Source of the DNA: an uncultured virus (IMG/VR IMGVR_UViG_3300042988_001938)
Lineage: Duplodnaviria; Heunggongvirae; Uroviricota; Caudoviricetes
DNA length: 64,000 nt
Reading direction: 5' to 3' (one strand)
Virus record (IMG/VR): IMGVR_UViG_3300042988_001938
Shown: positions 12,159-24,205 of the stretch, piece after piece
How the letters are laid out: each line of letters opens with the position of its first letter
Position numbering within the stretch: position 1 is the first letter of the stretch
Notes under the pieces: model-generated
What the model was told of the DNA's origin: nothing
Database searches by the model: none
Seen by the model: only the letters and a program-made list of their open reading frames with translations
Made by a program: the position numbers and the translations under genes

Positions 12159-12203
12159 ATAACTTAGGTTAAATATGTATATAGTTACCTAATTTATTAT
12201 CTA

Positions 12204-12875
12204 ATGAATAAAGTATTACAAGTATTTGAACAAATATCCGATGAGGAACTCCGAAGAGCAATTGCTGAAATTAAAATATCAGAGAATTCTGGAATAATTG
12301 AAACAAATAGTGTCGTTAGAAAATACGCCAACACTATATCTGGAATTACAGGAAATCCACCATCAAATGAGCTATTTATGACACAGATGAGCCTATTAAG
12401 GCAAGCTGCGTTCAGATGGGTAGGAGATTCAAAACCCTCTTCAATAAATACCAATTCTCCATCTTTAGACTCTAAAGAAAAACCACAGTTTGGAATATGT
12501 GTTGACGCTGGGACCAATGGAAATCCAGGTCCATGCTTCTACAGAGGTGTTGACATTGAAACAAGAGAAGTCCTCTTCCATGAAGAACTTGGAATTGGAA
12601 CCAACAATATCGCTGAGTTCCTTGCAATATGTCACGCTGTAATGTACTGTGAGAAGAATTCACACCTTAACGGAATTACCACATCTAATATTTGGTCAGA
12701 TAGCGAGACCGCAATAGCCTGGTTCAAACATAAAAAGCATAAGTCAACATTCGAGGGGGAGCTTACACAGAGACTTGATAAGGCTATTGAATTCATCAAG
12801 GACAAAGACATAAAGATAAATAAGTGGCTCACCAAGGAGTGGGGCGAAATCCCAGCTGACTTCGGAAGAAAATAG
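12204..12875 (+). CDS. rnhA: ribonuclease H (Bacteroidota-type)
   Basis: VDAGTNGNPG, TNNIAEFLAI, WSDS and C-terminal WGEIPADFGRK motifs. Confidence 0.88.
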   Translation: MNKVLQVFEQISDEELRRAIAEIKISENSGIIETNSVVRKYANTISGITGNPPSNELFMTQMSLLRQAAFRWVGDSKPSSINTNSPSLDSKEKPQFGICVDAGTNGNPGPCFYRGVDIETREVLFHEELGIGTNNIAEFLAICHAVMYCEKNSHLNGITTSNIWSDSETAIAWFKHKKHKSTFEGELTQRLDKAIEFIKDKDIKINKWLTKEWGEIPADFGRK

Positions 12876-13254
12876 ATTTTATTAAATAAAAACACATTTT
12901 ATGGAAAACAAAATTATAAGAGGAGAAGAATTTGCTTGTGGCGGGTTTATTAATTACGAAGTTACATTAGGAGAGTGTAATGGTAATTCAACAGAAACAA
13001 TAGTTAAATTAAGTTCAGAAATTTTTACTGAGAGTGAAGAGGTAAAAGAAATTGAAATTAAAGTTTTTGGAACGATTGAAAGAGAAGCTCTTTCAAGTGT
13101 TTTTAAAAAAATAAGTGAACAATTAATAAATACATGACACATAATAATTCCTAAAAATAAACTTGCATAGTTAACAAATTATCACTATTTTTGTCAACAA
13201 GCCTAAAGGGTAAAATTTTAGGCAAAAAAATTTTTCTAATTAACAAGGATTATT

Positions 13255-14157
13255 ATGCTAGGATTTTTTAAGAAGAGAAAGGTTGAAGCAGCTCCAGCAG
13301 TTGAAGAGGTGCGAGTTATAACAGTTCAGGAAATACATGACGAAGTTGATGGGCTAGAGGCACAATTCCTTGAGGAGGTTAATGCTATTCTTAATTCAGG
13401 CGCTCTGAAGGAGACCAAGGAGGAGAGGAAGTCAAAGCTTGCCCAGGAACTTGGATTTGTTAATTCATCTATTGTTAAGGAAGCTAAGTCTATTATAGAA
13501 AATAAGAATCAACTTATTAAGAAGGCTGAGGATGCAGAGCTACTTAGAATGTATAAGCAGCACTATCCTCTTGATAAGATTATCACCATATCTATGTTTG
13601 AGGATGTCTGTAATAAGTATGGACTTATCATTGCTCCAGTAGAGAACTACATCAAGGATATTCCTGAGAAGAATCTTCTTGAGCTTAAAAATTCTAAGCC
13701 AACACTTGATGAGCATAAGCCAACTGACTTCTATGTGCTATCCAATGTTACATTTATGCCAGACCATATTAAGGAATATCAGGAGTATATCAATTCATTC
13801 ATTGGTAAGAATATAAGCGAATGTGGAGTTGGTAGGCTAGATGATAATGAACTTGCAATTGGAAAGCTTGCTAATGGATTTGAGGGAGATAGAGGAAGCC
13901 ATTGGTTTTGTCACAACGCTACCATAGAAAAATGCTCAATTAAGGGGCTCTATGTATCCGCTCCACCATCACACTTTAACACCGAGGGACTCAGAAAACT
14001 TGAAAAGCATCATGTTAAGGTTGTTGGAATCATTGAGGAAGACCCAATTGTTTTTGAGTACCTTAAGGGTAACCTTATTAGAATCAAGACAAAGTGGGGA
14101 ACTCCAGATGACCAATCTTACTTGGATGAGAACATAGTTAACGAAAATTTAAACTAA
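13255..14157 (+). CDS. hypothetical phage protein
   Basis: 300 aa ORF; EDPIVF...KWG C-terminal motif. Confidence 0.8.
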   Translation: MLGFFKKRKVEAAPAVEEVRVITVQEIHDEVDGLEAQFLEEVNAILNSGALKETKEERKSKLAQELGFVNSSIVKEAKSIIENKNQLIKKAEDAELLRMYKQHYPLDKIITISMFEDVCNKYGLIIAPVENYIKDIPEKNLLELKNSKPTLDEHKPTDFYVLSNVTFMPDHIKEYQEYINSFIGKNISECGVGRLDDNELAIGKLANGFEGDRGSHWFCHNATIEKCSIKGLYVSAPPSHFNTEGLRKLEKHHVKVVGIIEEDPIVFEYLKGNLIRIKTKWGTPDDQSYLDENIVNENLN

Positions 14158-15792
14158 AAATCATATAAATGACAAAAGTAAGCCTAGAACTTGTAGAGAA
14201 GGCATTCAACGACACTGGAGTTGACTTCCCTACAAGAGAATTCATTCAAATCGTTGAGAGGTACCAAAGGGAAGAAGACGAGGAGAATGAAAGAATAAGA
14301 AAGGAGAAAGAAAATAAAGTACGAGAGGAAGCTAGAATTAAAGAAACTGAATATGTCTTTGATGCAATTCCAGAAGAGCAGACCATTGATGATTTCTTAG
14401 ATGAGTGGGTTGAAGAAGTTCGTGATGGTGACCTTCTTTGGAATTTATTCTATGACCCAAAAGGAATTGATGATGATGGAGAGACAGTTGATGAGCTTTT
14501 CCTTGTTGGAGATAAGCTTTATAGAGTAAGTATTCACTGCGAGGCTGAATGGGTTAGCGATTGGTCTGTAAGAAAGAACCTTCCTGGAGATTATAGCATA
14601 GAAAGTATAGAGGAAATTGAGAACTTCGAGATTATCGAGAGAATAGAAAATTACGCAAAATTTAAAATTTAATTTATGGATATTATTAGTTTTTCAGAAC
14701 AAGAATTTCGTGAACACTTGTTCACAATGTATTGGGTGATAATCATCCCAGCTATATTTGCCTTCCTTCAAGTGGCTGGAATTTGGCCACTCGCACAACT
14801 AAAAAAGCAAGGGTGGGTAAATACCATAGAGAGAAAGATTCTCTTCTATTCCCTTAACATTCCTTTTCACATAGTAGCAATTATAGGTGGAGTATCTTTT
14901 GTTAATATGTTTACTAACTCATTAGTCTTGGTTATATCATCCATTACAATATCATTTGTAATTTTCTCCTGCCTTATAATTGGAATTGCTCTAGCTCTAT
15001 ATAATCACTATCGAGATGTTAACACAGATGGATGGAAGAAGATTGTTGAGATAGATGGTGGAACACAGTATTATGACCACGATGGAAATGTATACACCAT
15101 AATGGATATGAAGTCTAACCCAGGATTTAAAGACACAAAGCTATGAGAATAGAAATAGTTCACATAGAAGGATACCTGCTAATTTTAAGTGATGAGCAGA
15201 TTAGTAGAGGTAATTTTTATTTAGCTAAAAGCTTAAACACTGTTGAGCAATATACTCAAGATGAACTTTTATCTCCTAATGAGCTAAAAGAAAATGGAGA
15301 CTTAAAAATTGATTGGCACCTCCCGCTTGATGGAAAACCTGCCCTAGATGGAGTCCCTCTATTGCCATATTACCAGAATGATTCACATGCTGCTGCATCT
15401 GATTTAGCTGATAAGAAGGCTGAGGTTAATAACACCATTGACCTTTACGCATATAAGAACGGAGCTATGGATGGATATGATAAGGCTCGTGAGAAATACC
15501 TATTCACAGAGGCTGACATGAGAAGAGCAATCATCCTAGCTCAAGACTGGAAAGCAATCGTTAAGACTAGGGATAACCAGTATATTGATTTTAAGCATAC
15601 TCATGCTGAAATCATTAATTCACTGAAGAAACCAGAGTATCCTAAGTACTTTGATTTTGTCATGCATGAAGTTCCTTGCCCAGACGGAATTGAAGACTGC
15701 GAAGTGTACCATGGTGAAATCAAGACGACTGTTAATGCACTTGGCTGGACCGTTGCTGTTGGCTCATATAATTTTTAATTGAGTATATCATC

Positions 15793-16671
15793 ATGAGTGA
15801 ACTAAAATTAAATAAAAAAATAACACAAAAGATTCCTAATATTTTAAAATTAATCAAAAAAGGATTAGGTACAACAGAAATATCCAGAAAATGTAAAACA
15901 ACTCCAGATACAATAAAGAAAATTGCTAATGCAAATGGAATTCAAATTATTGACAAGAGGAAAACAAGTAAAAATACAATAGAAAGAAATAACGAGATAA
16001 TTGCGCTATTAAAACTTGGAAATCATACATTTGGTGAATTATCAAATAAATATGGTGTTTCTAGGCAGAGAATTCAACAAATAGCTATTCAACATGGAAA
16101 CTTAAGCATTCACGCTATTAATCATAATAGAAAAGAAGAAATCGTCAATAAAATAATGATTGACACTTCTATTCTTAGATATGATGAAATAAAGAAAAAA
16201 TATAGCAATTTTGAAGGTTTTAGTTGGTTATCTCTAAAAAAAAAGTTTAAAGAAATATATGGAATAGGTTTATACGATAAGCTATACCAAACTAGAAATA
16301 TAACAATTGTTAATAAATATTCTTCTGGTCAAATAGCAAAAGAAGTTCTCAACGGAAGTGAGCAAGAGCTTAAAAGCCCAAAACAAATGAAGAGTGAAAG
16401 AGATGTGTATAGAATATCTTCTTCTTTTGGATATAAAAAATATCCAAAAGTATATAATAGAGCTGCAGGAGGTATGTTTGAAGATAAGAAAATTCTTAAT
16501 CTTATTGTTAAGCTACGTGACTTGAAAAAAATGTCATTTTCTGAGATAGCAGAAGAGTTAAACAATAAAGGATACAAGACTGTTTCTGGATTCACATTTT
16601 CAACACCAAATGTAGTTGTTAAATATCGTGATTATAAGACCAAAAATAAAAGAGTAAGAAAGGTTAATTAA
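15793..16671 (+). CDS. multi-HTH DNA-binding protein
   Basis: TFGELSNKYGVSRQRIQQI (sigma region-4-like HTH) and SFSEIAEELNNKGYKT (recombinase-type DNA-binding motif); very basic. Confidence 0.6.
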   Translation: MSELKLNKKITQKIPNILKLIKKGLGTTEISRKCKTTPDTIKKIANANGIQIIDKRKTSKNTIERNNEIIALLKLGNHTFGELSNKYGVSRQRIQQIAIQHGNLSIHAINHNRKEEIVNKIMIDTSILRYDEIKKKYSNFEGFSWLSLKKKFKEIYGIGLYDKLYQTRNITIVNKYSSGQIAKEVLNGSEQELKSPKQMKSERDVYRISSSFGYKKYPKVYNRAAGGMFEDKKILNLIVKLRDLKKMSFSEIAEELNNKGYKTVSGFTFSTPNVVVKYRDYKTKNKRVRKVN

Positions 16672-18142
16672 TATAAAAATGAACAAGAAGAAAGTAATTA
16701 GCAAGGGCTATACCCTTGAGGTTAAGTCATGGGAGAATGATGGAGATAGTTCACAGACCAAGCTATACACTGTTGAGTCGGAGAACGAGGCAAAGAGAGT
16801 ATATAAGTTATGCAAGGAGCTGTTCAAATCTGGGAATAAGGGAATAGGCAACTCAATGGATGGAGACTATATGGAGAACATGGTTGCCTATGTTAAGGAT
16901 AACCAAGACTTGTTCTCTGACTTTGGAACTGTTGATAGTTTTGATGACATAGAGGATGAAATTTTGGTTATTGATTACATTGAAGAACTTGAGGGTCATG
17001 AGGTTTTTTCTGAAATAGCAGATTATATTTTTGAAGTATCTTACAAGGTACTGGGTGGTTCTGATTTCTACGACTTCAGAGTTTGTCAGTCTGTGTCTGT
17101 AACATACTCAGAAGAAGATGTGTACCTAGAAGAAATTAAGTTCTAAAATTAGAAGACAAGCAATATGAGCGATGGTTTATACTCAGATATTGAATATGAA
17201 ATAATTGTCTGGAACATTGATGGCGATAAGACCGCTGGCTACCTGACAAGAAAGCTGTTGAGCCTAATTAAGGAGAGCGTTGATGACATCATTGACTCCG
17301 AAAATTCTGGATTATCTCACCAGCAAAGACTTGAGGAAATAAGAAATTTGTTTGAGCAATAAAAATTATAAGACATGGTAACACTCCTGTATATATTGGT
17401 TTTCATTCTTATTATTGGAATATCTATTTATTGTGCTGCACTGGAGATGGAAGGTAAGATTGGTAAGGCAATCCTAACATTCGCTGTTGGAATTGTTGTA
17501 TGCACAACTTTAATACTTATCTTCATGGATGGATGTGAGAAAGCCGATAGACTTATTAATAACGTAGATTGTAATTGCAAATGAGAAAGTGGAATAAGAT
17601 TAGAAGATACCTTAAGGGTTTTCTTATTGGAATGGTATTCGAGTTCAGCTATAGATTTGAATTCGGATGGATACAGTTCCTTCTGTTGGCGGCACTCATA
17701 ACAGAGTTCCTAATTGACATATCTAGCAACGAAGAATAATATGAAAACAAAAGAATTAATCAAGAAACTTCAAGAAATAGACCCAACAGGTGAAATGAAA
17801 ATTGTAGCTAATTGCTCAAGATTTAATTACCCAGTTGGAATTGATAATCCAGAGTTTGGATATATAACTAAGAGTTGGGATTGGGCCATGGATGAGGATG
17901 GAAATGATAACCAAGAAGAAGGCAACATTAAAGTTGTTATGATTGGAGTCGATAACTAAGTGTTTATGTAAATGAGAAAGTGGAACTGGTCAGCATTCTT
18001 CCTTGTAACCTGCGTAGGTTGCATTGGTGGTCTTTCTAATAAGAGCATTCCCAGCACATTGGAGGCTCTCCTATTTGGACTCACTGTGGGTGGATTCTTT
18101 GGACTCCTGTTTGCCTATGTAACTAGAGAAGACTGAGTTGAT

Positions 18143-18171
18143 TGAAACATTTTCTCTTACATAGCGTATAA
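18143..18171 (+). promoter_or_regulatory. ECF-type promoter TGAAAC-N16-CGTATAA
   Basis: Upstream of ORF 18189. Confidence 0.75.
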
Positions 18172-19752
18172 CTTAAATAAATACGTTTATGGATTGGATT
18201 GACTTTGTTGTAGATAATAAAAACTTCTACTTTAGTGGTAAGAAAGTTTATGTAGCATTTATGGGTCAGATTGACTCAATAGCTCCAAGTCAATACCTAC
18301 ATTACCTTTGGTATCACATAAATAACTATGGCGAAGGAATCAATAGCAACTTAGGTGGAGTTAAAACACTTAAGACAATTCCTACACATCTTAAAAAAGA
18401 TGATTCTGGTAATCTTTACTCCACAGACTCACACTTTCACTTAATTAAGCCACTGGATTGGACTCTTGAAGATTGGAAAATGGAACTAGAGTATTGGAAA
18501 ACATTTAGAATACATTAAATAAAAACAATTTTAATATGAATTCAGCAAAACAAATGCTTGATGATATTTTGAAGCTCCCAGATTGTAAACATTCATTTTG
18601 TAGTCCATCAAATTCAAGACTATCTAGTTTTATTAGAAAGTCATTATATGGAACTCCTAAGGGAAAGCGATACTACTTAAATTTGAAAAGACCGCTATTC
18701 AGAGATGCGGTTATCATTGTAGATGTTCCATTAACTTGGACAGATTCAAAAGTTTTCGATATTATTTCTGATAAATATAAAGGTTATATTGTACGTTTAG
18801 AATCAGATAAGTGGGAATACATTTGGCATTGGGATGATTATGAAATTCAAAAATACGGAATTTATAATTATCTTGAGAGCAATAGAAATAGCAACAAGAA
18901 AATCAGTCTTGATTCTTACTATAGATACTTACCGAAAAGCGAAAAAGGAAAACCATCATTATTATTTGGATGGGTTTCGAAACTCAGAAAGAAAGGTGTA
19001 GATAAAAACCCACTTGGTCTTGTTATAGGAAAATCAATCATTACAAGCGAAACAAGTCATTTCCTAGTAACTGGGTTTACTGATGGAAGCAAGACAGTTG
19101 AGCTTAAGCTTCTTAATCCAACTCGTCCTGGTCAAACTATTAGTCATACAATTCCAATGCAAAGCTTAATTAAAAACCAATAGTTTTTTACTTAGCTTGA
19201 ATTAAAATTTTATAAAATGGAAAAAAGAACTGAACTTGAAAATAAGGTGCTACAGCTCGTTAATAAAAAATTAGATAACGTGGATGGTAGTGACGATTTT
19301 TTTATATTACATTCATATAGTTGGTTTGATAATGATAAACCAACGTTTTCTAGGTTATTTTTAGAATCAGAAAATATTGATAAATGTGAAAAGGTAAATA
19401 TTACATTTATGGATTTTGAATTTTCCTTTGAAGATGGTGAGCCAAATATAAGAATTTACACAGATTTTCAAAATTCTGTTGCTAGTTCGGAATTTTATAA
19501 ATCTACACCAAGATTCTTGCTTTTACCATTTATCAAAAAAAAGAATTATACCACCTACTACACCAACTCACATGTTACATCAATAACTTGCGGTGAATTA
19601 AAATTTAAGTTAACAAAAGAAGAGCACGATGATTTATTTGAAAAGGTGAAAGTTGCTTATGAAAAAAACAAATTACTTGCTAAGGAATTAGAGCTAAATA
19701 AAGTCAAGGAAAAAATTGATTTAAGACTTTCTAAATTTGAAGATTAATATTA

Positions 19753-19781
19753 TGAAACATTTTTATGTTTATTTCGTATAA
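19753..19781 (+). promoter_or_regulatory. ECF-type promoter TGAAAC-N16-CGTATAA
   Basis: Upstream of ATG 19807. Confidence 0.75.
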
Positions 19782-19806
19782 TAAATTAATCAAAATTAAT
19801 AAAATT

Positions 19807-20148
19807 ATGAAACGACTAATTTTAATATTATTTTTAGCTTTTTCTTTAAATGCAAATTCCCAAATAAAAACCGACAAAGTTGCTCATTTTGGTGTAGGAT
19901 TCATTTCTGGAGCAGCTGCAACTTCAATTACGTTGAACAATTCTAACGGAAGACATGAATGGATAAAATCAATTTCTGTTGGTTTATTGACTGGGTTTGT
20001 TTTAGGTGTTGGTAAAGAATTTTACGACCTTAAAGATTATGGTGTGTTTAACTGGGGTGATGCTATGTATACAACAGTTGGCGGAGGAGTTGGCGGTGTA
20101 TCATTGAAATTTAGTATTAATCGTTACGAACGAAAACATTTATTATGA
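19807..20148 (+). CDS. YfiM/DUF2279-like membrane protein
   Basis: Signal peptide, DKVAHF...GKEFYD...WGD motifs. Confidence 0.55.
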   Translation: MKRLILILFLAFSLNANSQIKTDKVAHFGVGFISGAAATSITLNNSNGRHEWIKSISVGLLTGFVLGVGKEFYDLKDYGVFNWGDAMYTTVGGGVGGVSLKFSINRYERKHLL

Positions 20149-20570
20149 AATATTTTATTTTCATCTTATTGACATTATCACTTTTGTCTTGTGAAGAACC
20201 AATTAAGAGCTTCAAGTCAAAGCCGATTAAGCTAAGACAATTGGTTACAAATACTGAGAAGCATAGCTATGAGTCTGGCTCATTCTTTCTTATTGGAGGT
20301 AGTTATCATAAGTCAGACTACGAAGAGACAAGTGTAAAGGTCTTTGGTCGTGTTGATGGATACTATAGGCTAATTGAAATGGATATTAATGACATTAGAA
20401 TTAATATTGATAACTCAATTAATAAGCCAAACATTGTTATTCAGTACTACAGCGAAATTAAAGTTTCTGATAGCTACCTATTAAGTCACAAGTGTTATTA
20501 CGACCCAATTTATTTGATTAATTGCCCAGAGAAGTATTTGCCAGAAAAACTGTTACCAATCGAATTGTAA
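20145..20570 (+). CDS. putative lipoprotein
   Basis: LLSC lipobox-like motif. Confidence 0.6.
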   Translation: MKYFIFILLTLSLLSCEEPIKSFKSKPIKLRQLVTNTEKHSYESGSFFLIGGSYHKSDYEETSVKVFGRVDGYYRLIEMDINDIRINIDNSINKPNIVIQYYSEIKVSDSYLLSHKCYYDPIYLINCPEKYLPEKLLPIEL

Positions 20571-20578
20571 TTTTTTTT

Positions 20579-20607
20579 TGAAACAAAATATAATTTATCA
20601 CGTATAA
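20579..20607 (+). promoter_or_regulatory. ECF-type promoter TGAAAC-N16-CGTATAA
   Basis: Upstream of 712-aa ORF at 20624. Confidence 0.75.
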
Positions 20608-20623
20608 TACAAAAATAAAAATT

Positions 20624-22762
20624 ATGTCAAATTTTAGCTCCTTTGCAAAAAAAGTAGAAAATAAGTTCACTGAGATTCAAGGTAACGGTAAATTATTCAA
20701 ATCATCTGTAAGTGGAGACCAATTATGGGAAGCATACATAAATTCTTTCAAGGCTGAAGATAATCCTGTATTTAGAGACCCAGATAGTTCCACACACAAT
20801 TGTAACCTAGATAAGTCTTTCATCAGAAGATATGGAAATATTGTAGCTATTGATTCTTCATTTAACATTGTGACAATGTGGGATGTTGAACTTGATGAGT
20901 CTGATGTTTACTTTAATTCATGCAGGAGCATGTCTAATCTTTTAAAAAGCTCACCAATTAAAGATGTGTTTTTTGAAACTTATGATGAGCTGAATTCATT
21001 GCCTTATGAAAAGTTATCAAGAAGCCAAGAGCTTTTTAGACTTGGATTTGAAAGTAACATTAAAATCTACACCAAGGAAGAAGCTGATAAGTTTGGAGTT
21101 GTAGAAGCAGGGAAAACTTACAAGTTTTACCACTTCTTTGGGAACCTTAAGAAGGAATTTGTAGATTTTTCTGGAAAGTCTCAAGCAACACTTATGTCTG
21201 AGTTCAGAGATTCTAAGAATGTATTTATGCGAGGTCTCGAAGAAATATCTATTGATACTCTTGACCTTGTAAAAGATTTAATTATCCAAGGCTCTCTACT
21301 TGATGGACAATCTCATTTGTTCAAAATAGAGCAAATCATACCTTTTAAGAAAGAATTCAATAATCTATCTAATTCACAGAAAGATAATTGGTGTTGGGTT
21401 ACTTCATATAAACTCCCTTTTTCTAAGTTTAGAAATGAACTTATTGGTACTTTATGTGTAGAACTAACAGAAGGTGTTGAGTTAAATACCGCTTGTCAAA
21501 CCTGGAATAAGCGTGTTGACCCAGCAAACTTCATGAAAGCAAAGGCACCAATTACTCAAAAACAAATCAATGATGCCAAGACAATTGTTGAGGAAAATGG
21601 GTATTCAGAATCATTTAATAGAAGATTCGCTACAATTGATGATATTAATGTTGAAGAAATTTTACATTCAAATGTAGGGTCTGGAGAAATTAAAAATGCA
21701 TCTATATTTGATGCAGTTAAACCTACCAATTCAACTAGACATAAGAGAAGTCAGTTTGATGGAATTGAAGAAGTGTCAATTGAAAAGTTCATGAAAGAAA
21801 TACTTCCTACTTGTTCATCTATTGAAGCTTTTGTTGAGAACAGAATGGAAGGGAATCTTGTAGCACTTACAACTGCTACAAATAAGGATTCAAAGAAAAT
21901 GTTCAAGTGGAATAATAATTTCTCTTGGACATATAAGGGAAACCTTGCAGGAAAGTCAATGATTAAAGATGCTGTTAAGTCTGCAGGAGGAAAAGTTGAT
22001 GGAGTTCTTAGATTCTCTATTATATGGAATGAGGATGGAAGAGATATACTTGACTTTGATGCCCATGCTCTTGAACCTAATCGAACTGAAATTTATTATA
22101 GTTCTGATTATAGAAAAGACAGAGGAAATAGAAAAACCTCAATGTCTGGACAACTTGATGTTGATATGATTAGACCTTCTGGGCTTGGAGTTGAAAATAT
22201 CACTTGGTCAGATAAATCTATGATGAAGGATGGAGTCTATAAATTATGGATTAAGAATTATGACGGAGGCCCAAATAAAGGATTCAAGGCTGAAATTGAG
22301 TTTGAAGGACAAATATATACCTATGAGCATAAGACTCAAGTTAAGGGAAATGTAGTTATTGCATTGGTTACACTTAAGGATGGGGTATTCTCTATTGAAC
22401 ATAAGATTCCTTCTGAAGAAAGCAATAAGGTCATTTGGGATATTGAGACAAATCAATTCCATAAGGTTAACCTTGTTTGTTTATCTCCAAATCACTGGGG
22501 AGAAAATAACACTGGTAATAAGCACTATCTATTTATGATTGATGGCTGTAAGTCTGACTCTTCTCTTAGAAGTTTTCATAATGAAAATCTATGTGCAGAC
22601 CTTGTTTCTCATAGAAAGGTAATGGAAGTTCTTGGATTAACAACAATGCTTGAGCCTACAGATAAACAACTTTGTGGTCTTGGATTTAATGCTACTGTTA
22701 AAGATGAGATTGTGCTTAAGTTGTCTGGAACATTCAAGAGAACAATTAAGGTTAAATTTTAA
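20624..22762 (+). CDS. conserved large phage protein with YfaP/DUF2135-like domain
   Basis: 712 aa; DFDAHALEP...LDVDM...VENITW segment. Confidence 0.6.
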   Translation: MSNFSSFAKKVENKFTEIQGNGKLFKSSVSGDQLWEAYINSFKAEDNPVFRDPDSSTHNCNLDKSFIRRYGNIVAIDSSFNIVTMWDVELDESDVYFNSCRSMSNLLKSSPIKDVFFETYDELNSLPYEKLSRSQELFRLGFESNIKIYTKEEADKFGVVEAGKTYKFYHFFGNLKKEFVDFSGKSQATLMSEFRDSKNVFMRGLEEISIDTLDLVKDLIIQGSLLDGQSHLFKIEQIIPFKKEFNNLSNSQKDNWCWVTSYKLPFSKFRNELIGTLCVELTEGVELNTACQTWNKRVDPANFMKAKAPITQKQINDAKTIVEENGYSESFNRRFATIDDINVEEILHSNVGSGEIKNASIFDAVKPTNSTRHKRSQFDGIEEVSIEKFMKEILPTCSSIEAFVENRMEGNLVALTTATNKDSKKMFKWNNNFSWTYKGNLAGKSMIKDAVKSAGGKVDGVLRFSIIWNEDGRDILDFDAHALEPNRTEIYYSSDYRKDRGNRKTSMSGQLDVDMIRPSGLGVENITWSDKSMMKDGVYKLWIKNYDGGPNKGFKAEIEFEGQIYTYEHKTQVKGNVVIALVTLKDGVFSIEHKIPSEESNKVIWDIETNQFHKVNLVCLSPNHWGENNTGNKHYLFMIDGCKSDSSLRSFHNENLCADLVSHRKVMEVLGLTTMLEPTDKQLCGLGFNATVKDEIVLKLSGTFKRTIKVKF

Positions 22763-22784
22763 TTAACATAAAAAAATAAAAATT

Positions 22785-23162
22785 ATGAATAATTTCATGG
22801 AAGCATCTCGTATAAAATTGCGAGTACAAACTCCACAAGGACCATTGTCTGTGGAACAATTATGGGGACTTAATCTTTCAAGCTTATCAACTGCTATTAA
22901 AGAAGTCAATAAGTCTCTTAAGAACAACGATGGAGATGAATTATCATTCCTAGATGAAACAAAGACTGTAGACCCAGTGGCTCAACTTACCTTCGATATT
23001 CTTAAGGAAATCTACACAATCAAGAAGAAGGAACAAGATGATGCGAAGAATGCAGCAAGCATTAAGGCTCATAACGAGAAAATTATGCAACTTATTCATG
23101 AAAAGCAAGAAGGAGAGCTTAAGGATAAGAGTATTGACGAACTTAAGGCTATGCTTAAGTAA
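22785..23162 (+). CDS. hypothetical partner protein of the 712-aa ORF
   Basis: LSVEQLWGL motif, coiled-coil C-terminus; followed by a terminator. Confidence 0.75.
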   Translation: MNNFMEASRIKLRVQTPQGPLSVEQLWGLNLSSLSTAIKEVNKSLKNNDGDELSFLDETKTVDPVAQLTFDILKEIYTIKKKEQDDAKNAASIKAHNEKIMQLIHEKQEGELKDKSIDELKAMLK

Positions 23163-23170
23163 TAAAATTT

Positions 23171-23197
23171 AAGGGTCGAATGTTTCGACCCTTTTTT
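23171..23197 (+). terminator. intrinsic terminator
   Basis: AAGGGTCGAA-TGT-TTCGACCCTT followed by a T run. Confidence 0.8.
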
Positions 23198-23225
23198 GAA
23201 ACATTTTTTTAAATTATTCGTATAA
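23197..23225 (+). promoter_or_regulatory. ECF-type promoter TGAAAC-N16-CGTATAA
   Basis: Follows a terminator and precedes a structured non-coding region. Confidence 0.75.
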
Positions 23226-23229
23226 TATA

Positions 23230-23536
23230 TTGAATGCACCATTCCTGATTTGAGTGGATATAAATGCTTATCATTCTCACAGAGCTCTTGGAATAGAGCT
23301 ATGTTATATAAACTATGCTGCAGGGGTTACACGCAGTTGAGGGAATTTTTAAGATATATTAAACCACTTGATTAACCTTCTTCTCAGACGAGAGTTTTGG
23401 TTGGTTTGAATCCAACAGATGGTCAATGTCAGCTCCCAAGGTCAGGACAGTTGTGATAACGATGTGGATGCAAAAAGACTCATGATAGGCTAAGAACCTA
23501 TACGTTTAAATCTTGAGACTATCACAACTGAGTGCA
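23230..23536 (+). ncRNA. putative structured ncRNA containing a tRNA-like element
   Basis: ORF-free, behind an ECF promoter; CAGTTGTGATA/TATCACAACTG stem, T-arm-like GTTGG-TTTGAAT-CCAAC. Confidence 0.45.
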
Positions 23537-23570
23537 AAGGGGGTATGTTAAATAAAACATTAGAATTTGT

Positions 23571-23817
23571 CATGGCTTACTCAAGAGAAACCAATAGAGC
23601 ATCTCAAGATGCATATCACAGCGCAAGAGCAGCTGGTCACACAAAGGAAGAAGCAAGAGGTATCAGAGATAACTGGAAACACTCCAGCTCAAGCAGCAGC
23701 TCAAGCAGCAGCTCATCAAGTGATGATGATGACGATGACATCACATGGGAAACTGTTTGTTCCGATGATGAACGATACGATGAATCATGGGATGATGATG
23801 ACCCAGACTTTGATTGA
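23571..23817 (+). CDS. small Ser/Asp-rich protein
   Basis: Poly-Ser and poly-Asp tracts. Confidence 0.55.
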
Positions 23818-23818
23818 T

Positions 23819-24205
23819 ATGGAAAATAAAACAATAGAAGAAATTCTTGTTAACAACAGTTGTTCAGCTCACGTTCTTAAGAACCTTGTCAGCCCAGACG
23901 GTGTTCCTGGTAATCACTACGAGAGACTTATTAAGTCAATTAAGGAGTATGCGAGCTCTCAAGAACTTAAGGCAATAACATTTTGCTATACACAGGATGG
24001 CATTCCTTGCAATAAGGTTGTTGGGATATTCACCAGAGAACAACTTGATGAGGTGCTTGAAGATATTAGAGATGCAATTGGTAAAGATAAGATTGTAGAG
24101 GATAAGTTTGATGAAACTTGTGACAACTACTTCATTCAGTTTAATGATGATTACCAGTCATACTTTTACTCAAGCAATTACACAGTAGGAGAACTTAATT
24201 TGTAA
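23819..24205 (+). CDS. hypothetical protein
   Basis: Likely start MENKTIEE, right after the upstream stop. Confidence 0.65.
   Translation: MENKTIEEILVNNSCSAHVLKNLVSPDGVPGNHYERLIKSIKEYASSQELKAITFCYTQDGIPCNKVVGIFTREQLDEVLEDIRDAIGKDKIVEDKFDETCDNYFIQFNDDYQSYFYSSNYTVGELNL

Larger units (their letters stand above)
12901..19747 (+). other. Block of hypothetical genes (12901-13137, 14169-14672, 14676-15146 membrane, 15143-15778, 16679-17146, 17165-17362, 17375-17584, 17741-17959, 18189-18518, 18536-19183, 19217-19747)
   Basis: Co-oriented ORFs with short spacing. Confidence 0.7.
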
